64,000 bases of DNA from Sphagnum compactum (Eukaryota): assembly GCA_965153455.1 (NCBI GenBank), contig OZ234494.1, positions 11,098,001 to 11,162,000 of the forward strand, written 5' to 3'. Below are positions 12,291 through 26,820 of this stretch, one piece after another. Numbering within the stretch: position 1 is the stretch's first letter; the number at the start of each line of letters is the position of its first letter. The notes beneath the pieces were generated by a model. The model was not told the DNA's origin, did no database searches, and saw only the letters and a list, made by a program, of their open reading frames with translations. The position numbers and the translations under genes were made by a program.

Positions 12291-12329
12291 GCTTGTCTCT
12301 ACCAATTCATGGTGCCCTTCCGGCACACT

Positions 12330-12635
12330 CGATACTATTGAAAAGCCCTAAATGAGTATAGGGGTACACCCAGGCGGTTTCATGATGTTTAGACCTATGG
12401 TGCAAGTCTGGGTATTGATTATTGAACAACTTTGTCATTGAAAACTTAATGAAATCAAAATAAAAAATTTAAGGAAAGTTGGGGGCACACTTTTGATATT
12501 ATTAGGAAAGTGCTCAATGAGTAGGATTTTGTGGAGGTGATTTTATAATTTTTGGAACAAAGGTGTGGAAGATATTGAATTTTGAGTAATCCTTGTTGTT
12601 GAAAATTCAATAAAAATTCAAATTTACTTGGGCAA
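12330..12635. repeat. Dispersed repeat fragment (inverted relative at ~51270-51390)
   Basis: GATACTATTG(G)AAAA.CCCT and ATATTGAA...GAAAATTCAA motifs recur in reverse complement at 51279-51385 (GGGTTTTCCAATAGTATC, TTGAATTTTC, TTCAATATTCAATA). Confidence 0.45.
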
Positions 12636-15600
12636 ATCCACACTTGTGCCAACAACATAGGCCACACTAGTAATATTAGAAATTGTTTGCAAAGTCACTA
12701 AACCACCCCCGAGTTAACTTAGTCTAGCACCTTCCTTGGCCAATAATGCTAGCCAAGCACAAAGCCATGTGGTTCTATTGTAGGTTTGACTACTTGGATC
12801 CCACTTTCAAGCTAAATTAAAAATCGGATTGTTATTATTTAATGCAAAAAACTATGTAAAACATAAGTATCCTTGTTCTCTTTTAAGAAATGTTAGGTTC
12901 AAAATGAGTGAGGGACAACAAAACATCCACAACACAAATATTTAGATTTTATTTTTTTTGCAAAACAAGCAAAATCACACAACATGGTTTGACACAAAAA
13001 CACACACCGCACAAAAAGACAAGCATAAAACTGCGTCTAATAGTGTTCATGAGGGTATTTAACATCTCCCCTAGAAGACATAAAAATCCCTATTGAGCTA
13101 TACTTGGGTGTCAAAACAATGGCAAAAGGTGAAAAAAAATTATGTGGCACATTGTAAAGAGCCTTATGGTTCTACCGCATGGTTTGCTTACAGCAAACCT
13201 AATTAAAGGTTAATTGAAAAAAGGCACATCTTAATCCCAATGCTCAAGACTACGCTACTCATAAAAGTACCGACTCTCTTCAAAAAGCTCATGGGTTCAA
13301 ATTTGATGCAGAATTGCAAAACATGCAAAACAAAACATGTAAAACAATGTTCCACAAATTGGCACAAACATTCTACATGCACCAAAAGATGATTGCACCA
13401 AAAAAAATTAATGACAAGTTCAAAAACTCAAAATAATTTGTTAATGACAAGAAACAATACTTACAAATATTGTATCATGCTTCCAAGACCAGTTTTACAC
13501 CATACCACCAAATTTTTTATTAAATTAAAATTCTCAACTTAAATTTAATTTCTTTTTTGAAATACAACATATATTCTTCAAATATATAATAATGAACTTT
13601 TGAGGTTAAAAAAATGGATTAGTCTTTAGTCTATGGCTTTATATAAACACATTTTTGTTTATGAATTTTGTTTGGGATCTTATAGAACACAATATATGAT
13701 ATGGTAAAAGGAAAAGTAACAAAAATGCAAAATATATATATTTAAAACTTAACTCAAACAAACATTATGGATTTTTGAATGTCTTAAAATGGACCTTATT
13801 TTCAAAAGTCCATATCATATTCAATTATTGATGATTTTTTTCCCCTCTTAATATGGATGTTAAAAAATAATATAGTGGGTTTTTATTCACATAATTTTTA
13901 TTAGTTCATTAACCATCTTTAATCCCCCACTTAAGTAATAATATCACAATAAAATATAATTAAACATTATCAAATGAACTTTTATGAATTTTTTTATCCT
14001 TTGAAATTGGTCCACTTTACCTTGCAACCATTCAAGAGCCACCAAATGGGTTTCCAAATGTGAAAGTTTACATTGTACATAGTTGGTTGGTTTGCACATA
14101 AGACATATCAATTATTTGCTCAAATTTTTAATTAGAATTTTCTTTAAATATGTTATGCATAGATGTCACCTTTACCTTGATCTAGTGTTCAAAGCCATAT
14201 AAGGAGGGATGTCTAGCAAATTGCAGCTCAGTATTGTTACAATGTTTCAAACATCCACCTCTTTTCAAAACATTGGAACAACTTATGTTTAGTAATCAAT
14301 TGTTGAACTAGTTTTAGGGCATTTAATTATAAAGGAGCAAGATAATTTTGTTAATGTAGATAGGACTACAAAAGAAACATGGTATATTTCAAATAGTTGT
14401 GTACCAATTGCTATGTATTTGAATAAAATGCCTAATGTTTTGCAAACAAATCCCTATATATTTTTATAGATACATATTCTCAAAACATGAATATCCTATG
14501 AACTTGAATTTATTGGGCACATGACCAAAAGCCAAAGTAGGTGCTTATGTAAAAATAAAATTTATTGTTATGAAAATTTTATAACTATGTAAAATGTCTT
14601 ATCCATTAAATGAAAACTTTAAGTTACATGTTCAAGAAATGAAAACTTTTAAGTCACTTGTTAAAAACCATCCATGGTTTGCAATGTACATAATTTCCAA
14701 TGATGATGGTACATTGGAATTGGTTTAAAAATAGCATCTTTAAGTTCCATTAGGGACCTTGTCTTTTTGGACAACAAACTTCTAAAAGTTGATCATGGCC
14801 TAGATTGTTTCAAAATTGATTAACTCTTTTGAAAATAAATATTTTGTGAGCTTTCATTGCTAAGTTCAAACAATGCAATGACAATACAAATGTACTTGAT
14901 CCTTTCCATCCATAGCCAAGATTTTTTCTACAAAAATAATTTAGTGGAATAGATGAAAATCTATTCCTATTTCATGGCTTGACACCCATAAAAGTTTTCA
15001 TTAGTAGCTAAAAAAATGGAACTCCCACACACTGCAACTCTTTTAGTTTTTGGATCTATTGTGTTTCTAAAGAAATTAGATCATAAGTTTAAATGAGAAT
15101 TTAAAACTTATAAAAACCTATATGGAAGCAAAAACATAATGAATTTTGAATTTGAAATAGACAAGCAAAGTCGTAGAAATATTGATGCAAGCACTTATTT
15201 TGTAATGTGGATGGACAAAAGACTAAATTCATGTGATTGGATTCTCACAAGGAGCAATAATAGCTTTGGATATGTCTTGTAGAAAATGTGGACATTACCA
15301 CTTGGGAAGCAATGTGGTGGTCATTTTTTCCTCACTTTTGCCCAAATATTTATTACAAAGCACTAAATAAATAGATGTGGTGAACAAGATGCTCACACAC
15401 AATGTTGACAAGATATCCTATTCACCAAGAAACTTTGCAACCATGTTACAAGGAACAAGAGATTCTCAATTAAAGATGCAAAGGCTCTCAACACCAACAC
15501 TAAGTCATCAAGGTGGATTATATGAAATGATACATTTATTGGATCTACAATCACACAAGTAGAGGTTGCAATATCATTCATGAAGCTTGCATTTCTTTCT

Positions 15601-18600
15601 TTCTTTCTTGTTGAGAGAAAAAAAAATTGCTACTATGAACAAACACCTTCTTTTTTCCCCAATTTGATGTTCTAAGCATGAGTCCAATGTTGCATTATCC
15701 TACCTCTATGGTTTGTTGTGTGGTTTGCAACCTTCATTAATGAATGTCCACTAATACAAAATTTAATTTTTCACGACAATTAGCATTGGTTGCAAAAAGA
15801 TCATGCATGCAATATAAAATTATTGCACAATTCTATATTATATATTGCACCAATACACTACAATTTGAAATGCTTATGTGCAAATAATTCGTAAAAACTT
15901 TCACATTTCTTTGTGTGATATTTAGAATAGACAAGCATATATGATTTCATCATTTTTTTAAAAACTTGACCAAATTTGTCAACATGGTTAATGTTTGTGA
16001 TTTCAAGGTTTATCAATCTTGCATCTTGCACAAACCTTCATGTGAAAATCAACTTGTAATGTAATAGGTACATAATTAGTACAACATGGATATGTAGTTG
16101 ATATTTAGGTTGATTTATGTATTTCTTAATGAAAATTTGTAATCACCTTTATGGTTTTATCAAAATTTAAATTCTTAATGTAGCAATTAATGCAACAACT
16201 AATGAAGCCTTGAACATTTGACAAGTAATCAAAGTCTAGTTATCGCTTGTTTTTTGTTGACTACTAATATGACATTAGCGATAATTATGTGTGTACCTTT
16301 TGTCTATTGGATGTTGTATGAAGTTTGTCATAAATTTTTTATGGCAAAGACTATGTAGCAATTTGTTAATCATGATGTAAAAGTAATTCTTGCACCAACA
16401 ATATGTATACAAAACAAAAGATTTTGTGTGGGTTGAAGGTTGGATGGGTTGGCACATTTCAATGGGAATGGACAAAATTTGCCAAATAACCCCAAGTCAC
16501 AAGCTTACTTGGCACAAAGAATCAAAAGTTGTATGCAGTGTTGGAATAGACAATAGACAACCAACAACAAGAAGTTCAAATGACAAAAACAAGGATGCAT
16601 TATAGGGAACTTTGACCAATAAAATAAACTAAATACATGATTCCTCCTCCCATTTGTGGACATATTAAAATATGACCTATAGTTTAAAAGAATGAAAACC
16701 AACCAAATAGTAGGAGGTTTGGTTTTTAAAACTCACTCACACACCATTATCATCCCTCCCACCCATAGTTGTGCCAATTATGGTTTACATGCTTGCACCT
16801 TTTTTGTGTGGTAAATAAACAAAATTTACGATTATAATCAACATGATTTTTCTCATATCACTTGCTTTAATCAATGACAACCTAATTTGGGAATTTTTTT
16901 GTCAACAATAGTCTCACATTGAAGAGGAGGAGGTACCAATAAGCTCTATTGGAAAGATAGGGTTTTAATGTATAAAAGAAAGGTCAACTCCTAATCTTAC
17001 AAAAACTTCTACTACTAGCCATTCGCATTCCACTCACACATTTGGAGTCTTAGCTTGTTCAACTTTTTTTTTTTTTTGCATTGGGTTAGGTTGGTTGCTT
17101 GTCCATTTCTTTGGTCATTGGGTCACTTGGTTTTGTTCAAGAAGTGCATATATTTTCCATGGTGGCGTTTGAACTTTGGACTTTGTATTCCAAACTTCTT
17201 TACAAGTGTTTCTTTTGTTAGTTGTGGACTTGGTTATTATTGTTTTTCTCCAGAATTTGTTTCAAAAATTTATAAATTTTACCCATGAATTAATTATATA
17301 TGCACCTCTAATTCTACACTACCTTTATGTGATTTATTTATTTTTCTTTCATTAGTTATGCAAAAACATTTACACTATATGTGGGCCCATGATTTGTTAA
17401 AAAAAATTGGCATTGTCTTGGAAAATGTGATTAATTGATGGACCCACATTAACAATCTACAAGTATATAACACAAACCAAGCTTACAATATATTTCATTT
17501 TAAAAATAGTATCCTAAACAATAGTCAAGAAAATAACTCAATGGACCAAGAGTTCAAAATTAGAATGCATCTAATGATTTTTAAAAATGAGGTACAACAT
17601 TTGCATATGATATAGAGAAAGAAAAAACTAGTTTTTTGATGTGAAAGGGTTTAAAGTTTAATGTTCATCCAAGACGTTGCGGATCATGGTTTATACAAAA
17701 CTCCCAAAGGAAGAAGAAACAATGGTCTACCAACCTAACAATCATTGGACCGGAACCAAATGATTTGTTTTCATATACCTTGTGTCAATCTTATGAGATA
17801 TTATTACCACTATTTGTCCATTGTGGCATGCTTAGTTTTATGAAAACATCAAATTATTTAACTCAAAGGGAGATCACATTAGATTACAAATAGTCATGCA
17901 TTGGTCCCTTAGTGCATATATGTAGTTACAAATAATCATGTGTGGACACAAAATTATTTTATGAAGAATAAAAAATGTGATTCCCACTTCCAACAATCAA
18001 GAATCAATTGCATATGAAAAGAAAAATCACACAAAACATGTTAATAATGTTGAATGGAAAATAAATGATTGTTACTAGTAGTGCAAAGGAACATAGAGCC
18101 CAACTAATTGAATAGAAGATGTTTTTGATTTTTATCAATGGAATGCCAATTAACATAATATTCGAGGCATATGCTAGGGATATATGGCTAGTGGGATATA
18201 GTTAAGGTTCAAGTGTAGTAGTGTAAGGAGTCATGGCACCTTTATTTGTCCCATTTATTTTACTAGAGAGCATTTGACTCTACTACTTTTTCTTTACATT
18301 GTTTTTTCGGAAAGACAATGGCCATTATTAGCTAGGTGATGGCTAATAAAGGAAGAAATAAAATTACACATAACGTACTAGAACATTGGTTATAATGAAG
18401 AGATTGCAACGTTGAACATGCAAGTAATCAAGAATTTTTTTGTTAAATAATGGGATGCCATTTAAAGTTATTTCTTTCAATCACAATGTTCTTCACTCCA
18501 CCTTGCATATCTTTTGTGTAGGTAAGGCCCTTGGAGTAGGGCACTTGCCTTGTGTAAAGTACATGCGTACCTTATAGGACAGGCCTCACATGCATATGGG

Positions 18601-19488
18601 GGGAAATTTTGAGATGAAATTTATTGCCATGTGTGTTAACGAGCTCATTGCATGGAATTCACATCATAGTGAGTGTTTCACATTGAAATGGAATGGTTAT
18701 GGGCAAGAGTTATTTACACATACAAATTTTTGACCATAAGCAAAAGACAAGCAAATATTTTTCCTTTTGTTTGAAATTTTGCACAAATGTCAAAAATAAA
18801 TATGAAAAGGGAATATTTGATCTCTTTTTTTTGGGAAAAAACACTCATTTCAACTACAATATTAAACTTTAAATTGGTAGTTCATTCAAGAAAACTTTTC
18901 AAAACAATTATAATCACCAATCTCATTAATCCAAAGGTTTTTTTTCCATATCAAGTACAAGCCTATGAAACTCTTTTACAATATTCAACTTTATTTCACT
19001 CAACATAACTCTTGTGGCATAATTCAAGTCACTAGTTCCTAACAATTTCATAGGCCAAAATGTTTTTTTTAAACATATAATCATAAGCTTGTTAAAAGGG
19101 TCCCTATACTTGTGAATGTTTTATGTGTAGAGTAAAGCCTAATGGTGAGGCCATTATTCGAATAAAGGCCCATGTGAGGCAAAGCCAAATATAATATAAT
19201 ACTAGTTATGCCTTCACCTTTAGGCTATACTTGGTGTAATGAATGCATCAAATTTGATTTTCTTTCAAGGGTCTTTTAATTTCTTTCCATTTAGAGGGTT
19301 TTTGAAAAGTGAGGTTCAATTTAAGATTTTTGAAAATGGTCCATTTTAAGATTTCAAGAATGAGGCGTACTAGTTCACTACAAAGTTAGGTCATATTTAA
19401 GATGTTGAAAGCAAAGACTTACCAATCAAACATTGAAAAATAGGGACCATTTGAAAACAAGGTTGTATCCAATGTTGGGTGGGTGTAA

Positions 19489-20390
19489 GGGTAGATGCAA
19501 GCTACGGTGGCTCATTTTTGTGACAAAATGGTGTTTATTCCCTGGGTACCCCTTATTCAAATGCATATGGTGGTTAATATATCCATAGATCTACTAATTG
19601 GGACTTGGATCTAAATTAATAATTTCATTATGAAAAGGATTATGTGGTTATTTATTGATAACAAATTCATTTGTTAGTAGTAATGAACTTTTGAGGTCGA
19701 AAAATATGGATTAGTCGTTTGACTAGAACATCACAAAATTTAAAAAATTATATTGATTCACATTCCAAATTTGTTATTGGGATTCAATATATAATGTAAT
19801 ACAAGATGATAAACTCATATGAGGAATTTTTTCTTTGAAAACCTTAATCATTTAATAGTTAAGGACTTTTGAATGGTTAAAATTTGATAATGTTTTCATA
19901 AGTCCATATGAGATGTAGTTTTTGTTATTTTTCAAATTTTTTGTTCCAAAAGTATATTTTTGAAAGTTTTAGATGGGGCATTATTTTTATGGACTTTGTG
20001 GTTTTTTTTAAGACTTCCAAATTTAAAAATGACATCAATTACATTAAATACAAGTTTTTACATATATTTGGGAAGGTTTGTAGGTGATTAAACACGTATT
20101 ATTCAAAGATTAAAATAACACTACAACAAAAGGTGTCCCTGTACATCAAGTGATTTCACTAGATTTTGAGTGAATTCATTGGTTGTAATGAATAGGGACT
20201 AGTGAAGAAGCAGTGAATTCACTGGTCTAGTGAACGGGGACTAGTGAACTGCACCCACATTTTGTAGTGGTGTAATAACATTTTAAAAAATAACAACCAT
20301 GTCCATTTGAATCATTGTAAAGAATCTTGTGTGGACTTGTAGGGAGTGTAATTCATGTCAATATTGAGCCACTGTAGTTTGCATCTACCC
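19489..20390. mobile_element. ~900-bp MITE with 26-bp TIRs (PIF/Harbinger-like GGG ends) inserted in the left end of the hAT element
   Basis: GGGTAGATGCAAGCTACGGTGGCTCA and TGAGCCACTGTAGTTTGCATCTACCC (24/26 complementary). Left flank is TAA and right flank ATA, so the TSD is imperfect. Internal sequence recurs at ~13590-13810. Confidence 0.75.
20119..20269. mobile_element. Miniature CACTA element nested in the MITE
   Basis: CACTACAA...TTGTAGTG ends and many AGTGAA/TTCACT subterminal repeats; no clean TSD. Confidence 0.6.
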
Positions 20391-21413
20391 ATAAAAAAAA
20401 AGGTTAGAACCAGTTAAAGTTTCAAGCTAGTTTTCACTTTGAATACCTTTTAGTATCACCAAAGGTGATACCTTTTTTGAAACTTGTCTCCTAATTCTCA
20501 TTGGGCTAAGAACCAAACATTTGAAACCATTTCACAATTTAAAAAAAATGGATACCCTATTAAGGTATTAAAGAGTAAAAAGGTCAGGGTTTTAATAATT
20601 AATGAGAAGTAGGTTTAAGGTGGTAGGTAGGGTTTTAAAACAAATTAAAAAGTTAGGTTTACTAAAGAAAACATCACAAAGTCGTTAATTCTATGGCAAG
20701 TTCCTCCTTCAAGTTTTTTTCCTTGATACAAAATAAAGGATGTTTAATGTGTATGACATGTGTTTGTTGGGTTTTTTGTTAATGTAGTTAAATTAGTCAA
20801 GTTCAATTTATTTGAGATTAGTTATGTCCTTGAGTTATCGTTTCTTTGTTGTGTGTTTGTGTTGTTTTTTGGCACTTGATTATTGTGCATGATTGGTCCC
20901 TTCAACACCTCCTTGTTTTTTTCGACACCTCCTTGTTATGTGTTCTTGGTGTTCTTCGATGCTTCCTTACCATGCACTTTCAATGTTTTTTAATCACCTC
21001 TTGCTATGTGTTTTTTTGTGTTTTTCACCTCCTCCTTATCGTGTGTTCATGGTGCTTTTTGGTGCCTTCTTATTTTGTGTTGCCAATGTTTTTTGGTGCT
21101 TCCTTCTTGTGCACTCTTAGTGTTTTTTGGTGATGTTTTTAATGTGTTTTTAACGTTTTTCAGTGCCATTTTGTTTCACGCAACTCCTAGTGTTCTTTGA
21201 TACCTTTTTATTGCACTTTCTTAATTTCCTTGATTAGGTACCTCTCTAACCTTTTAGTTCTCTTCATCACTTCCTTGTAAATTCTGCAACTCTAGTCGTT
21301 TGGTTTTTTTTCAAATTGGTATCCTACCCCTTTTTTTATGTGCAAATGTGGGAGAAGATTTTTTTGCAATTTCTTCAACTACTAACCTCATGTATTTTTA
21401 TTTTCTTTAGTTT

Positions 21414-23215
21414 CACTATGAACAAAATGAGTGTTTTACAACTGGCCTTGCAACTCACTATATTTATACATTGTGAATGTTAATGGACAAGTTGCATGAG
21501 TTGCAAAATTATAACTCACTATATATACAATGCAATTTAATTGTAATTCTGTGAAAACAATTTATTATTTACTACTATGCAACACCATTATAATTGCACC
21601 CATGATGTCATGTTGATGTCATTAATTATCATCCATCTATTAAAATTTGACACATGGCACAATAAAAAAAATTCACACAAAATATTAATTTTATTTTAGA
21701 AGAAATAAATAAAATTATAAAAATTATTTCAGTAGCTAAATAGGTCACATGATTACATACCTACATATTTATTTAGGACTTACTTACTTACATAAGTAGG
21801 TAAAAAAATAGGGCCTATTTATTTACCTAGGTAGATAAATAGGTAGGAAAGCACAAGACTAAATGAATTAAAAAATAGTCATGAATTTTATTTTATTTAT
21901 TTTATTTATTACTTTTAAGGTTAAATGTTTTTGAGTTCATCCCAAAATAGTACTGTATTTTAATGTGAAAACATAAGAGAACAAATTTGTATCAAAGGAT
22001 TCAAAAACAAAACATATGGGTTAAATATTTTAGTTATTCCTTAATTGCAATTGAGTTGCATTTAAGTTGCAATTATAGAAAGATTTTTCCACATGTTTTG
22101 TGCTTGCTTTTCATTATGTAAGTTATACAATTAAATTGGTGATTTTATAATAATTAAATACATGAATTAATTATTTGAAAGTGTGATTTGAATTAATTAT
22201 TTTAATCAATTAACTGGTGAATTAGTTATCTAAATTAATTAATTTAATTCAAATAATTAGTCACTTATCATTTGAAGTTTTTAAATGTATATTTTTTAAA
22301 TTAATTAATTAACTAATAATATGAATCAAATTTATTCATAATTCATAATAATTAAGTGAATTACATATTAATTATTAATTAATTATTGAAAAATAACTCA
22401 TTACTAAATATTAAATATTAAATATCAATTTGGGTATAAAACGTGAAGGTATGAATAAGCATATCCATATGTACATCGAATTGAATTATTAATAAATATA
22501 CACATTACTTTTAGTTTCAAAACTAAATTAATTATATGTATCCAAATAATTAATTAGTTAATGAATTTAAATAATTAATGATTCAATAGTTATTGATGAA
22601 TTAATAATTATTTTAAATAATTGATCTAATTCATTATGAAATACCCCTAACTTGGATAAATATTCATCTAATTAATATTTAATAAATAAATAATTTTAAA
22701 ATTAATGTAAAATTAATGATATGAGTTACCCCTATTTATTCATTTTTAAATCAAATTATTGAAACAATAATTATCTATAAAACATTACATATGAATATGT
22801 ATTCTTATTAAGTTATAAGTAGTTGTATTATAATCATAACATAGTTGAACAATAGTACTTTAATATTGGTGCACTAGTTGTTATATTAGCCATCACCACC
22901 CATTATAATCATTGCTTTAATAACACATTTACAATAATTATAAAGTAGTTGCCACATGCAACTACAATGCAACTTTTGAAAAAATCAAACATGGTTGATT
23001 ATGTATGTATGTACAATGTGTATAAATTATTATATAAAAGACCCATTTTCAACTCACTTGCAACTATAATACAATTAATTGACTTTTTGACGTGACAATT
23101 TATTTATTAATACACTGTATTTTTAGGGGGATAATTGCATCATAGTTGTAATACCCAAGGGATAGTTGCACAATAGTTGTATATGAGTTGTTTTTTGAGT
23201 AGTTGCAGGGTAGTG
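21414..23215. mobile_element. Probable non-autonomous CACTA element nested in the hAT element
   Basis: Starts CACTA and ends TAGTG, with TGCAAC/GTTGCA subterminal repeats at both ends as in the 44352-45231 element, and an extremely AT-rich core. The TIR match is only 5 bp and there is no TSD. Confidence 0.45.
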
Positions 23216-23879
23216 TGGTTTCGATGAACGCAATTTTTCATAATGTTTATTTCTTTAAGTTTTTTTAAAAATAAATTTTTGATTTTTTCTTCCTTTTTTT
23301 TTCATTATGTGTATTTTGCCATTATATTTATGCAATGTGAAAGAAGGAAAAGGAAACAATTTCTTGCTTCCATTTTCTTTAACAAAGTGGGATTTCATTT
23401 TTTTTTTGTTTTTTTTGTTTTAATTTTTTTTCCTTTTTTATTTTTCAGCTTTTAATTTTTAATTATATTTTTTAAATTACTTGACATGTACGTGTTATGT
23501 GCAAAACTAAAACCCCACCTACACAAAAAAAAAAATCACACATTGTAACATCCATTTATTTATTTTTCACATCTTTTACATGGTGGAAAGAGGAAGGAAA
23601 AAGGTCAATGGTTTTTTCCTTATAATTTTTTTTAATTGCCTTGATAATGTTTATTTGATATCCATAACATAAATTAAAGAACTAAAATCTAAAAAACCCA
23701 CAATTTTGGGAAAATTAAATTTATTTCTTATTTCTCCACCATGTTATGTAATATATGATGAAAAATGGAGTCAAGTCAAAATGAAAATACATGTAATCTT
23801 AATTGATGGTGAAAATGAAAATTTTGAATGAAAGTTTCCAAATAGAACAAAGCATATTAGAAAGCATAACAAAAGGAAA

Positions 23880-25900
23880 TGAAAAAATAACAATACAAAC
23901 AAATCTTCAAAAATTACATGCTCAAAGGAAAAACGGAGAAATCTTGAAATCTTGAGATGTATGTTTTGTTACACTAATCATGTGCATGTTCATAATTCAA
24001 GCACAAAAGAAAAAAAAGGTCTTATAACATATTATAAAACACATGGAATAATAACTTTGAAAAACCATGTGGATGTATATCATGTTTTAATTATCAAAAA
24101 ATTTGAGGAAGAGGTGAATGGTCTAATAAAAGGAATTCTTGAAAGTCAATCGACAAAGAAAAGGTTTAATGTGTTAAGTAATGCAATATTATTATTTTTT
24201 GTTGTCAAAGATCTTTTCAAAAAAATGATGAGCAACAAAAAGGTTTTTTGTAAGATCTTGACCTTTTAAATGTGAAAAATCAATTGCCATTGCAATTTGT
24301 GAAAAGTGTAGGTTCAAGCATTTTGTTTTACATTTGTGTCCTCAAGTTGTTTTCCCTTCCAAATTTTCTTTTTTCTTATGAAATATTGCATAACCTGGTG
24401 GAAAAGACAAAACAAGTATATGTTTTATCAAAATTGATAGATTGTACATATGTAACAATAAGTTTTCACTTGTGGATGTCCAAGGGGGCACATGATATAT
24501 TTGTTTTTGTCATTAATTTTTTGGGATCTCATTGACAACCTAAATACGTGATTATTGGTCTATGTGAAGCAATAGAAAATATTGGTTAAGCCTTGGTCAA
24601 CAATCTGACAAAATTGTTCAATCAATATGGATTGAGAAAAAAATTATAGCATATTTCAAAGACAAGGGGTCAAATTTGAATGCAACAATGACTACCTTGG
24701 AATTAATTATAAAATGTGAAGTTTTGGGTTTGGATGAAAATTTTCAAGGTACTAATTTTGGCCATGTTTTTTTTTAAGGCTTGTTAGTATGTTGCAAATG
24801 ATGAAAAGGTTTACAAAAACCTTAGATTTGTTTCCATCAAGTTTGCCTAGTTGAATTTGCAAAAATGTATGACTCGGCTTTAAAAGTTTGGGAAGGGCAG
24901 ACATGAATGGAACAAGGCATGTTTAAATTCGAACATTCACCTAATTTTTTTGAATATTCCAATGAAGAAAAATGAATTTTAAATGTTTTATAAACTTTTT
25001 TTTTCCTTCTTTCTAATCTGATTATGTTGATTGGTTATAATAACATTTTTGATCTAAGATTTTCTTCTTTCTTATTCAATTATGCTCGTTGGATATATAT
25101 TAACATTGCATGTGTAATTCTTATTGCAAGTTTGCTATTAAAATCATTATGTTCCAAGAGGCCTTGCATTTCAAAGATGTTATTAGTATCCTTTGTTACA
25201 ATAGGCAAAATATTATCAAAGTTAATGGGAGGGTACCACCTCTTCTTGCTTTGCACATTTCTCAAATAATTAGGATTTTTTTTTCTCTTATTGTGAGTGC
25301 TTGTGTTTTGAACCGATCTAATAGCAATTGGTTATTATTTGATGCATTGCAATTGCCATTACCATGTGCTTGAAATGCAAGGAAGAAGTTACAAACTTGG
25401 CCCGTTGATTTTGAATTGTATTTGTTTACTACCAATATCAAGAGGGAAATTTATGATGTTCTAAAATCTTTCCTTTCTTTTTAAAGGAGATATGGGGAAA
25501 AAAAACTCTCACAACATGCTATGACCCTAGATTTAAAGCCTTCATCTAGTATCTTATTTTTTTGGTTGTGAAGAAGGTGTGAACATTATTGAGGAATATG
25601 ATAGACTTCGTTGTATCCTATGCTTTTGAAATGTTATCATTATTCACATCCAATGGAAAATTTTGAAATTGGATGTGCAAATCAAACAACAAATGTAGAT
25701 TCCAATCTGAATTTTTTTTTAGCATGCATGTTTACAAACCTAAGGAAATGTTTACAATTAAACAATTTATTTTGTGAGCAAAAATTGGCCAAATGATCTT
25801 ATAATTGATTGTGAACCACCTTCTAATTTGGTGGAGGTGATTGAAAAGGATTTTTGGAAAAATAATTAAAGGAATTTGAATGTTTTAGCAAAATGAACTT
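23880..25900 (+). pseudogene. Degenerate hAT transposase
   Basis: BED-finger-like RCMFC...LKNHVDVYH, the first catalytic block SFHLWMSKGAHDIFVFVINFL (normally SFDLW), and DKGSNLNA at ~24661. Many stops and frameshifts. Confidence 0.8.
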
Positions 25901-26512
25901 GTGGACATATAAAATGCTGGAAGAAGAATTTATATGTTTTTTATTCTCTTAAACCTTTTTGTAGTTTATTTTTTATAAAAAAAATAGTGTTTGAAATAAT
26001 ATAATTGTTGATAATTGTTGTGTGAGGACTACCTTTGAAAATTGACTAATATGAACTGTTTGAAAACCAACACTTTGAAACCTAGGTGAAATTTTTTTTA
26101 CAGTTTTTTGAAACCCTCCTTGGGTATGTTAAATATTTTTTTTGGAAAAAAAAACTAGAGTGAATTTCATAAAATCTTTTAAAACCCTAACATGATGATT
26201 TTTTGAAAAAATAGATAATCACCCAACATTGGTCATAACATAAAGCACATACCAAATGTAGTCGTTCGAGTCTTAATAAAGGGGAACATGTATTTTAAAA
26301 AGGAAACTAAGAGAAATCCATGTATTTTGGAAAGATGTCTTTAAGCAAAAAAAATTCAAAAGGAACGAGAATTTTATGTTTTTCATAAAACATGTTTTGA
26401 AAAATGTAACACCTAACTAAAAATGTAATGCCCATGAAAGATGCAAAGGCAAATTATCCATTATAATGTGTCGTCCAAATACATTAAAAATAATATGTTA
26501 GATTTTTATAAC

Positions 26513-26820
26513 CAATGTTGGGTAGGTATTTGATTTTTATAACAACAACCAATTTTAGTTATTCTATAAACCTCATATAACCACCAAGTTTCATGAAAAA
26601 CCTAACAAAAAACTAGTCATTTTTTAAGTGATTATTTAACTTTTTCAAAAACTTGAGAACCATGGCAATATTTCAAAACATGGTATTTGATTTGTCAATA
26701 ACTATGGTTATGTATCAAAATTAGGTATTTGATTTATTTAAAGCCATGGTTATCAACCCTAATAATCACCTTCATACCTAGCAAGGGTTTGGTGTAATTT
26801 TTAATAACCATCCAACAATA
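26513..26820. mobile_element. 308-bp hAT-family MITE
   Basis: Ends CAATGTTGGGTAG and CATCCAACAATA are related to the TIR of the adjacent hAT. 8-bp TSD TTTATAAC / TTTTTAAC. Confidence 0.7.

Larger units (their letters stand above)
19470..26231 (+). mobile_element. Decayed full-length hAT DNA transposon (~6.8 kb) carrying nested insertions
   Basis: TIRs CAATGTTGGGT (19470) and ACCCAACATTG (26221-26231). The 8-bp flanks GTTGTATC and GTCATAAC can be reconciled as one CpG-decayed TSD. A broken transposase lies inside. Confidence 0.7.

Noticed and set aside
20846-21200. Three overlapping Cys/Phe/Leu-rich ORFs
   Set aside because: They are products of a T-rich degenerate tandem repeat inside the hAT element.
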